63,958 nt of DNA, filler included, from Deltaproteobacteria bacterium (GCA_030698575.1; 6 parts of 6 records of this genome joined end to end with filler, not necessarily neighbours in it), one strand, 5' to 3'. Shown: positions 50,843 to 60,355, numbered from the whole stretch's first letter. The notes: generated from the sequence alone by a model not told the origin. Made by a program: numbers and translations.

Positions 50843-50949
50843 TAAACCGTACCGCATCTGCGAGTTTAACCGTGTATGGCACGTCTGCGGAGTCTAGAAC
50901 ACCAAGGCATCAGCAAACGCGTAAAGGAAGCGTTTGGGAGACGTCTACG

Positions 50950-51049
50950 NNNNNNNNNNNNNNNNNNNNNNNNNNNNNNNNNNNNNNNNNNNNTTAATTA
51001 ATTAANNNNNNNNNNNNNNNNNNNNNNNNNNNNNNNNNNNNNNNNNNNN
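50950..51049. other. artificial contig spacer
   Basis: N run with central TTAATTAATTAA. Confidence 0.98.
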
Positions 51050-51054
51050 CCTCC

Positions 51055-51110
51055 GGGCCGCCTCGCAATGACATGCGCACCCGTGAGGGGCCGCCTCGCA
51101 ATGACATGCG
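51055..51110. repeat. 23-bp direct repeat with REP-like CTCGCAATGAC end
   Basis: GGGCCGCCTCGCAATGACATGCG at 51055 and 51088. Confidence 0.8.
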
Positions 51111-51190
51111 GGCGCTCGTGCGGAGCGGGGTGCATTGCGCTAGGATATCGGTTTCTACCCGGCTGCTGCCGGGCGAAGCGGAGGCAGGAA

Positions 51191-52207
51191 ATGGCCACGC
51201 AGACGGCGATCGAGAACAGGAAAGACGACGGGCAGGCGTTCGTGCCCGATCGGTTCCGCATCGAAGACCGCGCAGCGGCCGATCGCCTGTCGGAGGAGAT
51301 CCGCGAGCTCGCGCGCGAGAAGAACGCCATCATCCTGGCGCACAACTACCAGCTCCCCGAAGTGCAGGACGTTGCGCACTACGTGGGAGACTCGCTGGGC
51401 CTGGCTAAGGAAGCGCAGCAGACGAAGCACGAGCGGATTGTTTTCTGCGGCGTTCACTTCATGGCCGAGTCGGCCAAGGTGCTGAACCCCGACAAGAAGG
51501 TGCTGCTGCCGAATCTTTCCGCCGGCTGCGCGCTGGCCGACTCGATCAGCGCCGAGTCGCTGCAGGACTGGAAGGACCGCTATCCGGGCTACGCGGTCGT
51601 GACCTACATCAACTCCAGCGCCGAGGTGAAGGCGCTCTCGGACATCTGCTGCACATCGGCCAACGCCGTCTCGGTGGCGCGGAGCCTTCCCGGCGACAAG
51701 ATCCTCTTCACGCCCGACCGGCATCTCGGCAGCTGGGTGGCGAAGCAGGTTCCCGGAAAGCAGTTCGCCATCTATGACGGCGTCTGCCCCACCCACGACG
51801 TCCTGCGCGACGCATCGGTGAAGCTCGTCAAGGCCGGCGCGCCCGACTCGATTGTCATCGCCCACCCCGAGTGCCGCGAAGACGTCGTTGCCATGGCCGA
51901 CGAAGTCTGCTCGACGACCGGCATGATCGACGCGGTGAAACGCCACCCGGAGGCCCGGACCTACATCGTGGCCACCGAGTGGGCGATGATCCATCGCCTC
52001 AAGAAGGAGTTTCCCGACAAGGAGTTCGTCTCGGCCGACGGCTGCATCGGCTGCCGCCTGCACTGCCCCTACATGAAGATGAACGATCTCCCCACCGTGA
52101 AACGCGCCCTCGAGGAGGACGTCTTCGAGGTCGAGGTTCCCGCCGACATCGCCGCCGGCGCCCGCCGCGCCCTCGAGCGCATGATGGCCGTTCCGCGCGA
52201 CAACTGA
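51191..52207 (+). CDS. nadA: quinolinate synthase
   Basis: ILAHNYQ, GDSL.L, CGVHFMAE, AGC.LA, YINSSA, AHPEC, CPYMK. Confidence 0.96.
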   Translation: MATQTAIENRKDDGQAFVPDRFRIEDRAAADRLSEEIRELAREKNAIILAHNYQLPEVQDVAHYVGDSLGLAKEAQQTKHERIVFCGVHFMAESAKVLNPDKKVLLPNLSAGCALADSISAESLQDWKDRYPGYAVVTYINSSAEVKALSDICCTSANAVSVARSLPGDKILFTPDRHLGSWVAKQVPGKQFAIYDGVCPTHDVLRDASVKLVKAGAPDSIVIAHPECREDVVAMADEVCSTTGMIDAVKRHPEARTYIVATEWAMIHRLKKEFPDKEFVSADGCIGCRLHCPYMKMNDLPTVKRALEEDVFEVEVPADIAAGARRALERMMAVPRDN

Positions 52208-52297
52208 GGCCGGGTCCGCTTCCGTTCATCCAACAAGTCAATAAGTCAAGCCTGACCCCGGTTTCCCTTTCGGGTCCGTTGGAGTAGAGTCCGGCCC

Positions 52298-52597
52298 ATG
52301 GGACTCACACGCGAAGCCATCGAGAAAGTTGTGCTTGAGCACGTCGAGGCGGAGAACGCCCGCGACATGGCGCGCGTCATGCGCACCTACGCCGAGGGCG
52401 CCGTCTTCGAGGATGTTCCGCAGGGAAAGAACTTCGAGGGAAAGGCGGCCATCGCCGATTCTTACCAGGAGCGCTTCGTCGCCGTCGACCTCGGCATCCT
52501 TCCCGATCTCACCTCGCCCTCCGGCCGGCTCTGGCTGGCTATCACTCGCCCGGGCGTGCTCCTCCGAATGCTCCGCGCGCGACTCGGCGGACGCTGA
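52298..52597 (+). pseudogene. SnoaL/ester cyclase-like gene with probable internal in-frame deletion
   Basis: N-terminal HVEAENARD...TY...G..AI..Y joined directly to a C-terminal LGILPD...RL tail; only 99 aa. Confidence 0.55.
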
Positions 52598-52624
52598 CCT
52601 TTCCCTTCGATTAAAACCGGATGG

Positions 52625-54367
52625 CTATTCTGTGCTGGCGCTGACGGTGGACCCGCGGGGCTTCCAGGTGTCGCCTTCGGCGAGGCTGCGTGTCAGCTCC
52701 TCGACCTCGAGCGGTTGGCTCAGGTAGAAGCCCTGCATGAGGCTGCATCCCTGGGCCATCAGGTAGGTGAGCTGCTCGGGGGTTTCGACCCCCTCGGCGA
52801 TGACCCGGAGCCCGAGGGCCCGCGCCATCGCGATGATGGCCTCGACGATCGCGGCGTCTTCGGCGTCGGCCGGGATGTCCTTCACGAACGAGCGGTCGAT
52901 CTTGAGCACGTCGATCGGGAAGCGTTTCAGATACCGGAGCGAGGAGTAACCGGTGCCGAAGTCGTCGATGGCGATGTGTAGCCCCATCTCCTTCAGCCGC
53001 CGGAGGGTGGCCAGCGTGTCTTCCTCGTTGTGCATGAAGCTCGACTCCGTCAGTTCCAGCTCGAGGTAGTCGGGAGAGAGCCGGGTTTCGCGCAGCACAG
53101 ACGTGATCACGTCGACCAGGTTCCCCTGGTTGAACTGGCGGCTCGAGAGGTTCACGCTCACCCGCATCGCAGGTAGCCCCGCATCCTGCCAGCGGCGCGC
53201 TTGCGCGCAGGCGGTCCTGAGAACCCACTCTCCGATCGGGAAGATGAGCCCCGTTTCCTCGGCCAGCGGGATGAACTCGTTGGGCGGGATCATGCCCCAG
53301 CCCGGGTGCCGCCAGCGCACGAGCGCCTCGACGCCCACCACGCGCTGGGTATGGAGATCAACCTGCGGCTGGTAGTGCAGGACGAACTGCTCGCGCTCCA
53401 CCGCGCGCCGGAGCGCATTGCCGAGCTGAAGCCGCTTCGATGCCTTCGCGTTCATGACGGGTGAGTAAAACTGATGATTGTTCCGGCCAAGCTGCTTGGC
53501 GCGTTGAACGGCCGAGTCGGCGTTCTTGAGCAGCGTCTCTGCGTCATCCCCGTCAGCGGGATAGACGCTCGAGCCGATGCTCGCAGAGACGAACAGCTCC
53601 TGCTCGTCGATGACCGAGGGTTGCTTCAGCTCCGTCATGATCTTGTCGACGACCTTCGTCACGTCTTCCACTTCGGTGAGCTCGGGGAGGAGCAATGCGA
53701 ACTCGTCTCCCCCCAGGCGCGCCACGGTGTCACTGGCGCGGAGCGAACCCGTCAGCCGCTCAGCCACCCGCTTCAATAGCCGGTCGCCGACGGTGTGCCC
53801 GAGCGTGTCGTTGATCGCCTTGAAATGATCGAGGTCGAGAATGAGCACCGCCAGCACGCGCTGATGCCTCTTCGCCCGGGCCAGCGCCAGCTCGAGGCGG
53901 TCGTAGAGGAAGGGCCGGTTCGCCACGTTGGTCATGCTGTCGTAGCGCGACATGTGGCGGAGCCGTTCCTCGGTCTGCTTCAGCTCCATCGCGTAGCGCA
54001 TGGCGCGGATCAGGGTGTCGCTCTGGCCCGGCTCGTAGCCCTTTATCAGGTAGTCCTGCGCGCCTCGCTGGATGGCCTGGCTCTGCAGCGTCTCGTCGCG
54101 GGCTGTCCCCAGAACGACGATAGGCACCATGAGCGCCATCTCTCGCACCTGGGCCACAGTCGCCACGCCCTTGGAATCCGGAAGGTTCAAGTCGAGCAGG
54201 ATGACGTCGAAGGTCTCTTCGCTGAGCCGGCGGAGCCCCTCGCTCAGGCGAGTGGCCTGGCAAAGGGTGAACCAGCTGCTCCCCTCGACAGCGAGCAGCC
54301 GCTCGATCGTCGAAGCGTCGGCGGGGTCCTGGTCGATCAGGAGCACTCGGAGGTGCTTGCGGGCCAT
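52625..54367 (-). CDS. REC-GGDEF-EAL signalling protein
   Basis: LLDLNLPD receiver, RLGGDEF, EALVRW, IDDFGTGYSSL. Confidence 0.95.
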   Translation of the reverse strand: MARKHLRVLLIDQDPADASTIERLLAVEGSSWFTLCQATRLSEGLRRLSEETFDVILLDLNLPDSKGVATVAQVREMALMVPIVVLGTARDETLQSQAIQRGAQDYLIKGYEPGQSDTLIRAMRYAMELKQTEERLRHMSRYDSMTNVANRPFLYDRLELALARAKRHQRVLAVLILDLDHFKAINDTLGHTVGDRLLKRVAERLTGSLRASDTVARLGGDEFALLLPELTEVEDVTKVVDKIMTELKQPSVIDEQELFVSASIGSSVYPADGDDAETLLKNADSAVQRAKQLGRNNHQFYSPVMNAKASKRLQLGNALRRAVEREQFVLHYQPQVDLHTQRVVGVEALVRWRHPGWGMIPPNEFIPLAEETGLIFPIGEWVLRTACAQARRWQDAGLPAMRVSVNLSSRQFNQGNLVDVITSVLRETRLSPDYLELELTESSFMHNEEDTLATLRRLKEMGLHIAIDDFGTGYSSLRYLKRFPIDVLKIDRSFVKDIPADAEDAAIVEAIIAMARALGLRVIAEGVETPEQLTYLMAQGCSLMQGFYLSQPLEVEELTRSLAEGDTWKPRGSTVSASTE

Positions 54368-54471
54368 GCGGATCCCGGATTGGTGGTGACGCGAAACCTT
54401 CAATGGTTTCGACCGGTTCGCACGGCTACTTGAGGCTTTTTTGGCAGGACGGGGAAGGTGCCGGTGGCAGG

Positions 54472-55512
54472 TCAGTCGCCCTCGCCGGTCGACAGGGCCG
54501 CCACGAGCGCGAGATCGCCAGGCTTCACGGCATCGAGGTTGAAATCCCGGGCGCTCCGGGACATCCGGGTGAGGGCCTCACCGATCGGCATGAGGGGCCG
54601 GGTGTCGCCACGCTTGACCTTCAGCCAGCGCACGGGGTTCACGCGCGCCACCACGTAGGTCCGGAGGTAGGGCGACTTGAAGCCGCGCGCCTGGAGTCCC
54701 TTGACGATTTTCGTCACCTGAACATCGATGCCCTTGAGACGCGAGGCCCACCCCTCGCGCTGGCGCAGGCTGGCCCTGAGCGACTTCGACGGTTCGAAGG
54801 CATCAACCTTGCGCAGCACGGGATGGTAGGCGCCGCCCGAAAACCGCTTCTCCTCCTCGTAGAGGATCCCGAGCGTGAGGAGCGGGGCCGATTCGAACTC
54901 GGCGGCGTGGTCGGTCTCCTTCGCCCGCGCGTCGCGCGAGGCGATCTCGCGCGCCATGCGAATCACCTCGAGGCTCCGGTCGCGCAGGTTGTGCGCCTTC
55001 TCGGTGTTGAGCGCGAGGATCTTGAAGGCGAGCGATTCGTCCGGAGAGACGATGGCGGTGATCGTCTGCATGCCGAGCGATCGCGCCGCGGCGAGGCGGT
55101 GCCGGCCGTTCGGCGTCCAGAAACCCTCCTTCATGGCTGCGACCGGAGCGGCGACGGCGATGATCGGATCGAGGAAAGCGCCGCTCTCGTCGATCTTCTG
55201 CGCGAGGCGCTTGGTGTGGGTGGGTGAAAGCTCTCGCTGGAACGGCGTCGGCTCCACGGCGGCGAGCGGCAGGCATGCCAGGATGAGGGGCCGCCCGGAG
55301 AGCGGATCGCGCCAGGCCCCGGCGGCGCTGCCTCCCGACGCCTGGATGCGCATGACCGTGCCCGCGACTTCCGGATCAGATATCGACAGTGGCGCCTCGG
55401 CCGACGTGATGCCGCGCTTGACCTTGCTCCTCGGGATGCGCTTGCGCGACGCGGTCGAGCGCTTCGCCTTTCCGCGCTTCCTCGGCTTTGCCTTCGGCTT
55501 GCGGGTCGCCAT
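54472..55512 (-). CDS. ParB/Srx N-terminal domain protein with Lys/Arg-rich N-tail
   Basis: PTPFQRELS, FLDPII, TPNGRHRL, ILALNTEK. Confidence 0.8.
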   Translation of the reverse strand: MATRKPKAKPRKRGKAKRSTASRKRIPRSKVKRGITSAEAPLSISDPEVAGTVMRIQASGGSAAGAWRDPLSGRPLILACLPLAAVEPTPFQRELSPTHTKRLAQKIDESGAFLDPIIAVAAPVAAMKEGFWTPNGRHRLAAARSLGMQTITAIVSPDESLAFKILALNTEKAHNLRDRSLEVIRMAREIASRDARAKETDHAAEFESAPLLTLGILYEEEKRFSGGAYHPVLRKVDAFEPSKSLRASLRQREGWASRLKGIDVQVTKIVKGLQARGFKSPYLRTYVVARVNPVRWLKVKRGDTRPLMPIGEALTRMSRSARDFNLDAVKPGDLALVAALSTGEGD

Positions 55513-55557
55513 GGGCTCTCCGGAACGGACGAGAAATCGGGAGGGCGTCAACCGGAT

Positions 55558-56095
55558 CTAGCGCGCGAAGTAGTCCGGCTCGTTGCCGGCCTTCCACTTG
55601 ATGTTGCACCCGACGCTCGGGATCTGATCCTTCGTGACGGGTTTTCCGGCCAGCACCTCGTCCAGCGCGGCACGCAGATCGGCGCCGGTAACGGGCACGC
55701 TGTTGCCTGGGCGGCTCCCGTCGAACTGCCCGCGGTAGACAAGCGTCCCGCCGGCGTCGAAGAGGAAGAAGTCCGGGGTGCAGGCGGCCCGGTAAGCCTT
55801 CGCCACCCCCTGGCTCTCATCGTAAAGGTAAGGAAAAGTGTAGCCCGCTTCCCGCGCCTCCTCAGCCATCTTCCCGGGGCTGTCGGCCGGGTAGGCCTGC
55901 ACGTCGTTCGCGTTGATGCCGACGATGGCGGCGCCGCGCTTCAGGTAGTCGCGGCCGAGCGCCGCCAGGCCGCCCCGGATGTGCTTCACGAAGGGGCAGT
56001 GGTTGCACATGAAGATCACGAGGAGCGCCGGAGCGTCCTTGAAGTCAGAGAGCGCAAACCTCTTGCCGCCGGCATCGGGCAGCTCGAAATCCGGC
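55558..56095 (-). CDS. thioredoxin-like / AhpC-TSA family protein (5' truncated)
   Basis: CNHCPFV, FPYLYDESQ, AACTPDFF, GCNIKW. Confidence 0.9.
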
Positions 56096-56195
56096 NNNNN
56101 NNNNNNNNNNNNNNNNNNNNNNNNNNNNNNNNNNNNNNNTTAATTAATTAANNNNNNNNNNNNNNNNNNNNNNNNNNNNNNNNNNNNNNNNNNNN
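56096..56195. other. artificial contig spacer
   Basis: N run with central TTAATTAATTAA. Confidence 0.98.
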
Positions 56196-57082
56196 ACCAA
56201 CTTCCCCTGCACGAGCCATCCGCCCACGAGCAGACCATCTCGCTCCTTGACGGCCTCCTTCGCCATCTTGTCCAGCGCCTCATACTCTCGGTGCGGGGCT
56301 TCCAACTCCGCCCGGCGGTCCAGGCGCGCCTCGAGCTCGCCATCCTCCACGAGCGTGAGCCCGTGGTACTCGGCCGGGGGGGCGCAGAGGCGCCCGAACG
56401 CCCAACAGCGCCGGCAGACGGTCGGATCCCGGTGGTACTCGGGCAGGGCGCTCTCTTCCGGATCGCCGTTACGAATGCGATCCACCGCGTCCACAGCCAT
56501 CTCACACTGACGCAGGATCGTTTCCGTGGCGTCCAGATCCAGCGTGACCGGCAGGAGTTTCCAGTGGCCCATGCAGTCGTCGAGGAGGAAGAACCCCTCC
56601 TCGAAGTTGTTGGCGTAGAGATACGCCTGAAGCTGCCGCGGATACTTGGCCGCCCACGTGAACGCCTCGAAGTCCTCGACGGTGTGGATACGCCGGTAGA
56701 CCAGCGGGTCGAGGCTCTTGCACTCGAACGGGTATTCCTGCCGCTCATGCGTCACGAATCCGTCAAGGCGTCCGCGGAGCACCACTCGGCCTGCCTTGTC
56801 CTTGATCTCGAAGGGCTTCCGGTCCACCCGCACGCTGAATCCGAGCGCGCCAAGTTCGTTGACCACCAGATCCTCGATCGTGGTGCCCCGCTCGAAGCGG
56901 GCCTTGAGATCGGCGCCGAAGAGGGGCCGCTCCTTCCAGTGGAGGATGGCGAGCGCGGTCTCGCGGCCACACGGCCCGAGGTCGGAGGCGATGGGGTTGT
57001 TGCGTGGGTACGGGGAAATGCGGGCCTCAAGGGCCTTCTGTCGCCTGTCAGTGATCGCAGCGCACAGCTCGGCGGCGGTCAT
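56196..57082 (-). CDS. PD-(D/E)xK Cas4/AddB-like exonuclease (3' truncated)
   Basis: ASDLGPC.R, GRLDG, FECKS, QLQAY, CRRC......C (four-Cys Fe-S pattern). Confidence 0.8.
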
Positions 57083-57768
57083 GTCCGCACCGACAGGCTT
57101 TCTTCCTGATACACCTCGATCCCGGGGATCTCGCGCACGCCGGCCATGATCGCCTTGCGGACGCAGGCTTCGTTCAGCTCCAGATACTCGCGGGGGATCG
57201 CCTCCGGGTCCAGAACTTTGAATGTCCACGTCTTGCGGACGCTGCTCGTGCCGGCGGCCGTCCTCACGACCCGCGCTGGGGCCTGCGCCTGAACCTCGGC
57301 TATCCTCGCCCCCTGCTCACGTGCAACCGCCGTGTCGAGCAGGCTCTCGGCGATGGCCGCTTTCCCGGCCGCCTCCGCGCGCTCGGCCTCTCGGAGCATC
57401 GCTTCCGCCTCCAGCCGCTGTCGTTCAGCCGCCGCCGTCGCTTCTGCCGCGAGTCGGATCTCCTCGCGTCGCCGGGCGAGAAGCTGCCCGTCGAGATGTT
57501 TGTCCGCCTCGACGAATGGCGCGAGCACCTCGCGGAAAAGGTCGTTGATCGCCTTGACGTGATCATTGAGCGGCTTCACGAGGCTGACGCGCTTGGCTTC
57601 AGCGTCCTTCTGGATCTTCCGGCACGCGCCGAGGAGAGCCGTCGCTGTCGTCTTGGTCTCTTCCGAGGAGACGCGCAACGAGAGAGCCTCGGCCTTCACC
57701 ATGGCCCCACGAGTGCGGCAATCGAGGACCATCGGTTCCTGCTCTGGAATGACGAGGGTCACGCTCAT
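57079..57768 (-). CDS. phage coiled-coil protein
   Basis: RVSLVKPLN, Ala/Glu-rich helix, W.F.V.D...IPREYL, GVREIPGIEVYQE. Confidence 0.75.
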   Translation of the reverse strand: MSVTLVIPEQEPMVLDCRTRGAMVKAEALSLRVSSEETKTTATALLGACRKIQKDAEAKRVSLVKPLNDHVKAINDLFREVLAPFVEADKHLDGQLLARRREEIRLAAEATAAAERQRLEAEAMLREAERAEAAGKAAIAESLLDTAVAREQGARIAEVQAQAPARVVRTAAGTSSVRKTWTFKVLDPEAIPREYLELNEACVRKAIMAGVREIPGIEVYQEESLSVRT

Positions 57769-58211
57769 GCGGCGCCCTCCTTGCGTGCCCGATAGCGAAC
57801 CGATGCTTGATTCCGACAGAATCTGCATCCCCGGTTCCCAGTCTTCGGGTCACGATATGTGTTGACTTCAGAGAAAGGGTGGCCACTGATGCAGGCAATT
57901 CGATAGCGAGGCCAGACATAACGACTCTTCCAGAACCGCAATGTCTGCCCAGCTTGAAGCTGGCGCCGACGGGACAGCAAGGAGTAGAGAGTCATGGCGA
58001 TCCCTGCTGCCCGAGGCCCCCAAGCCACCCATTCGTAGATCGTCTGGTGTTTCTTGGGTTTGATCACGCCACCCACTAGCGACTGTAGCCGTTCCAATGG
58101 CTCGCGATTGACTTGGGACGCCATTACGCGCATCTGGCGGCTGTTGTAGAAACAGCCTTCGCCCTCAAGGAACCCGGCGATCCAATAAAGATCGTGAGCC
58201 CGAACGCTCAT
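57765..58211 (-). CDS. LAGLIDADG-type homing endonuclease with C-terminal zinc finger
   Basis: WIAGFLEGEGCF; C..GH.F...NTY......R.CRFC. Confidence 0.72.
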   Translation of the reverse strand: MSVRAHDLYWIAGFLEGEGCFYNSRQMRVMASQVNREPLERLQSLVGGVIKPKKHQTIYEWVAWGPRAAGIAMTLYSLLSRRRQLQAGQTLRFWKSRYVWPRYRIACISGHPFSEVNTYRDPKTGNRGCRFCRNQASVRYRARKEGAA

Positions 58212-59005
58212 GCCGGCGCTTCCGTCGTCGCCGTTGGCGGCGCCTTCGAGACCATAGCCACCAATTCGTCGTATTCGTTGCGCTTGATCATCCGACTCGA
58301 CTCAATGTTGACGGATGTCAGAAGGGCTTTCATCTGACCGTCCGTCCACTTGTTTTGCCGGGCAATCGCAAACCAACGCTTTGCCATCGCCTCCGAAATT
58401 ACATCGGTGGACTGCTCCGCCGTGCGCGAGCCCTGGCCGGAGTAGTCCACCACCGTGATCTTGGCGATGTCGAGGCCCGCCTTCTTCAGCATCTCCTCGG
58501 AGGGGTTGCGGATGCCGCACAGGCGCGTGACGCCGTTCGTGATCCAGTTGGAGAACGCCGCCTTCCGAATGTCGCCCTCGCCGTTGGAAGGATTCCATCC
58601 CGGTCGCGCGGTGAAAAACTTGTCGAGGCTGTCGCAGTTGCCCACGAACCACCCCATCCGCCCGAGCGCCGAGCAGGAGAAGATGCCGCTCACGACGTAC
58701 TCGTAGAACTTCCCGTGCTCGTCTTCCTTGTTGATCTTCTCCACCTTCGGCTCGCCCCACGAGATGCCGAACGGGTTGCAGAGCTTCTCGGCGCCGCTCG
58801 CCTGTAGGTAGTACCGGCCTTTCCCCTGGCCCACCCAGTCGTGCTCGTTCGTGAGCTTGAACGCCAACGGGAGGTAGCGCCCCTGGTAGAGCGTGGCGGC
58901 CTTCTCCAGTCGCTCGATGAACGCCTCATTGATGACGAGCTCCATCGGGCGCTCTTCGAGGATCTCCGGGCGATCGAGGTCTGTGGTCGTCGTTCCGTTG
59001 CTCAT
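58208..59005 (-). CDS. phage protein, putative single-strand annealing protein
   Basis: AAGGAG RBS; YLQASGAEKL motif; position next to exonuclease (function inferred from context). Confidence 0.55.
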   Translation of the reverse strand: MSNGTTTTDLDRPEILEERPMELVINEAFIERLEKAATLYQGRYLPLAFKLTNEHDWVGQGKGRYYLQASGAEKLCNPFGISWGEPKVEKINKEDEHGKFYEYVVSGIFSCSALGRMGWFVGNCDSLDKFFTARPGWNPSNGEGDIRKAAFSNWITNGVTRLCGIRNPSEEMLKKAGLDIAKITVVDYSGQGSRTAEQSTDVISEAMAKRWFAIARQNKWTDGQMKALLTSVNIESSRMIKRNEYDELVAMVSKAPPTATTEAPA

Positions 59006-59097
59006 CCTTGACTCCTTCTCGCCCTCGTGGTATCAAGGGCTGCGATAGGTCACTGCTCGGCCGGCCTCGGGGTTTGGGTCCCGGGGCCGGTGCTGTC

Positions 59098-59277
59098 TCA
59101 GGCGCTCTTCACCACCGAGCACTCCGGGATGACCCCGTGCTCGTCGTAGTACGCGAGCACCTGCTGGTACAAGTGCTCACGCTCGGCGATGGCCTCAGCC
59201 GGCGCATCACGGAGCACGTCATCCAGGCGCGCGTTAATCGCATCCCGCAGGACGTTGGGTACGATGACGAGCCTCAT
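59098..59277 (-). CDS. phage hypothetical protein (MRLVIVPNVLRD...)
   Basis: ATGA overlap, GGAGG RBS. Confidence 0.65.
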   Translation of the reverse strand: MRLVIVPNVLRDAINARLDDVLRDAPAEAIAEREHLYQQVLAYYDEHGVIPECSVVKSA

Positions 59278-59534
59278 CCCTCCGCCTCCATCGGGCTCCC
59301 GCCGTACTCGACCACGGGCGCTGGTCTCACCACCATCGGGTCCTCCTCGAACAGCACCGTGACATTCCCGTTCATCTCCTCGCCTCCGAGCAGCAAGGCA
59401 GCGCCGAACTCCTGCGACTGGCCGATGTCGAACACGAGCACGCCCGCGAGGGCCAGATGGTCGGCATCCGGCCCGACGAACACGCGATCGTGGACGTGAG
59501 GGCCTCGCCGCTCGCTGCGGAGCTTGATGATCAT
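59274..59534 (-). CDS. phage hypothetical protein (MIIKLRSERRGPH...)
   Basis: ATGA overlap, GGAGG RBS. Confidence 0.65.
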   Translation of the reverse strand: MIIKLRSERRGPHVHDRVFVGPDADHLALAGVLVFDIGQSQEFGAALLLGGEEMNGNVTVLFEEDPMVVRPAPVVEYGGSPMEAEG

Positions 59535-59827
59535 CCCTCCACCTCCACGCTCTCCGGCACCGCCACCAGGCCGAGGTCGGCGGGCTGCATGTCCAGCGCC
59601 TCGTAGTGCGCCCGGAGAAGCGCCAGCGCCACATCGGGGGTTGGGCCTTTGAAGTGCATGCCCTTCGCGCTCGATGCGTCGTAGATGCTGCACTCCACCG
59701 ACACGCCAGCGTCCGCGTGGGCGTGGTCCCACACTTCGATCTCGACGCAGAAGGACGTACCCGGCGGAAGGATGTCCTTCACCTGAGCGTGGAGCTTCAC
59801 GAGGTCATACGTGAAACCGGCCATCAC
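59531..59827 (-). CDS. phage hypothetical protein (MAGFTYDL...)
   Basis: coupled ORF, GAGGAGG RBS. Confidence 0.65.
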   Translation of the reverse strand: MMAGFTYDLVKLHAQVKDILPPGTSFCVEIEVWDHAHADAGVSVECSIYDASSAKGMHFKGPTPDVALALLRAHYEALDMQPADLGLVAVPESVEVEG

Positions 59828-59985
59828 TCGTCCTCCTCATCATCGCCGCACGAGCACGGCAGGCAGCCGCACGTCGGGCAGGGTGGGGCGTCGTCGTCGC
59901 GGCCCTCGTCGGGGTCGAGGTCGTAGTCCGTCATCTCGGCGGACGTGAGCCGGAGCCACTGGCCGCGGGCGTAGCAGAGCGGCAT
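59824..59985 (-). CDS. small Cys-rich acidic phage protein
   Basis: MPLCYARGQW...CPTCGCLPCSC; TGATG overlap, GAGGAGG RBS. Confidence 0.55.
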   Translation of the reverse strand: MPLCYARGQWLRLTSAEMTDYDLDPDEGRDDDAPPCPTCGCLPCSCGDDEEDE

Positions 59986-60134
59986 CAGGTGTCCTCCTCT
60001 TTTCGTGTCGGCCCTGGGCATTCCTCACTCGCCCAGTGATCGGCGTCGACGTACCAGCCACAGGCTCGGCACTTCCCGTAGCCTGAGGGCGCGTCCGGGG
60101 CGTTGAGGTCGAGATCGTGATGGCGGGAGATCAT
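59985..60134 (-). CDS. small phage protein with CxxC
   Basis: [10 protein letters not shown]...CRACG; ATGA overlap. Confidence 0.5.
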   Translation of the reverse strand: MISRHHDLDLNAPDAPSGYGKCRACGWYVDADHWASEECPGPTRKEEDT

Positions 60135-60355
60135 GGCGTCACCACGAGGCGGACGGGCGCGGGCAGGGGCTTCGCCTGCCGCCGCCACGTCACCCGCCGC
60201 CCGCCCGTGTAGCCGCGGCGGCTCTCGCGTCGGCCAGGGTCGGCCCGGCGATCCTGGATCACGCAGGCCATCCCCGCCTCGACCTGCGCCGCGAGGGCCG
60301 CGTAGGTGGCGGAGCCGGGGCGATCGGCAGGGAACACCAGCGTGAGGGGGCTCAT
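60131..60355 (-). CDS. phage hypothetical protein ([11 protein letters not shown]...)
   Basis: ATGA overlap with pentapeptide gene stop. Confidence 0.5.
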   Translation of the reverse strand: MSPLTLVFPADRPGSATYAALAAQVEAGMACVIQDRRADPGRRESRRGYTGGRRVTWRRQAKPLPAPVRLVVTP

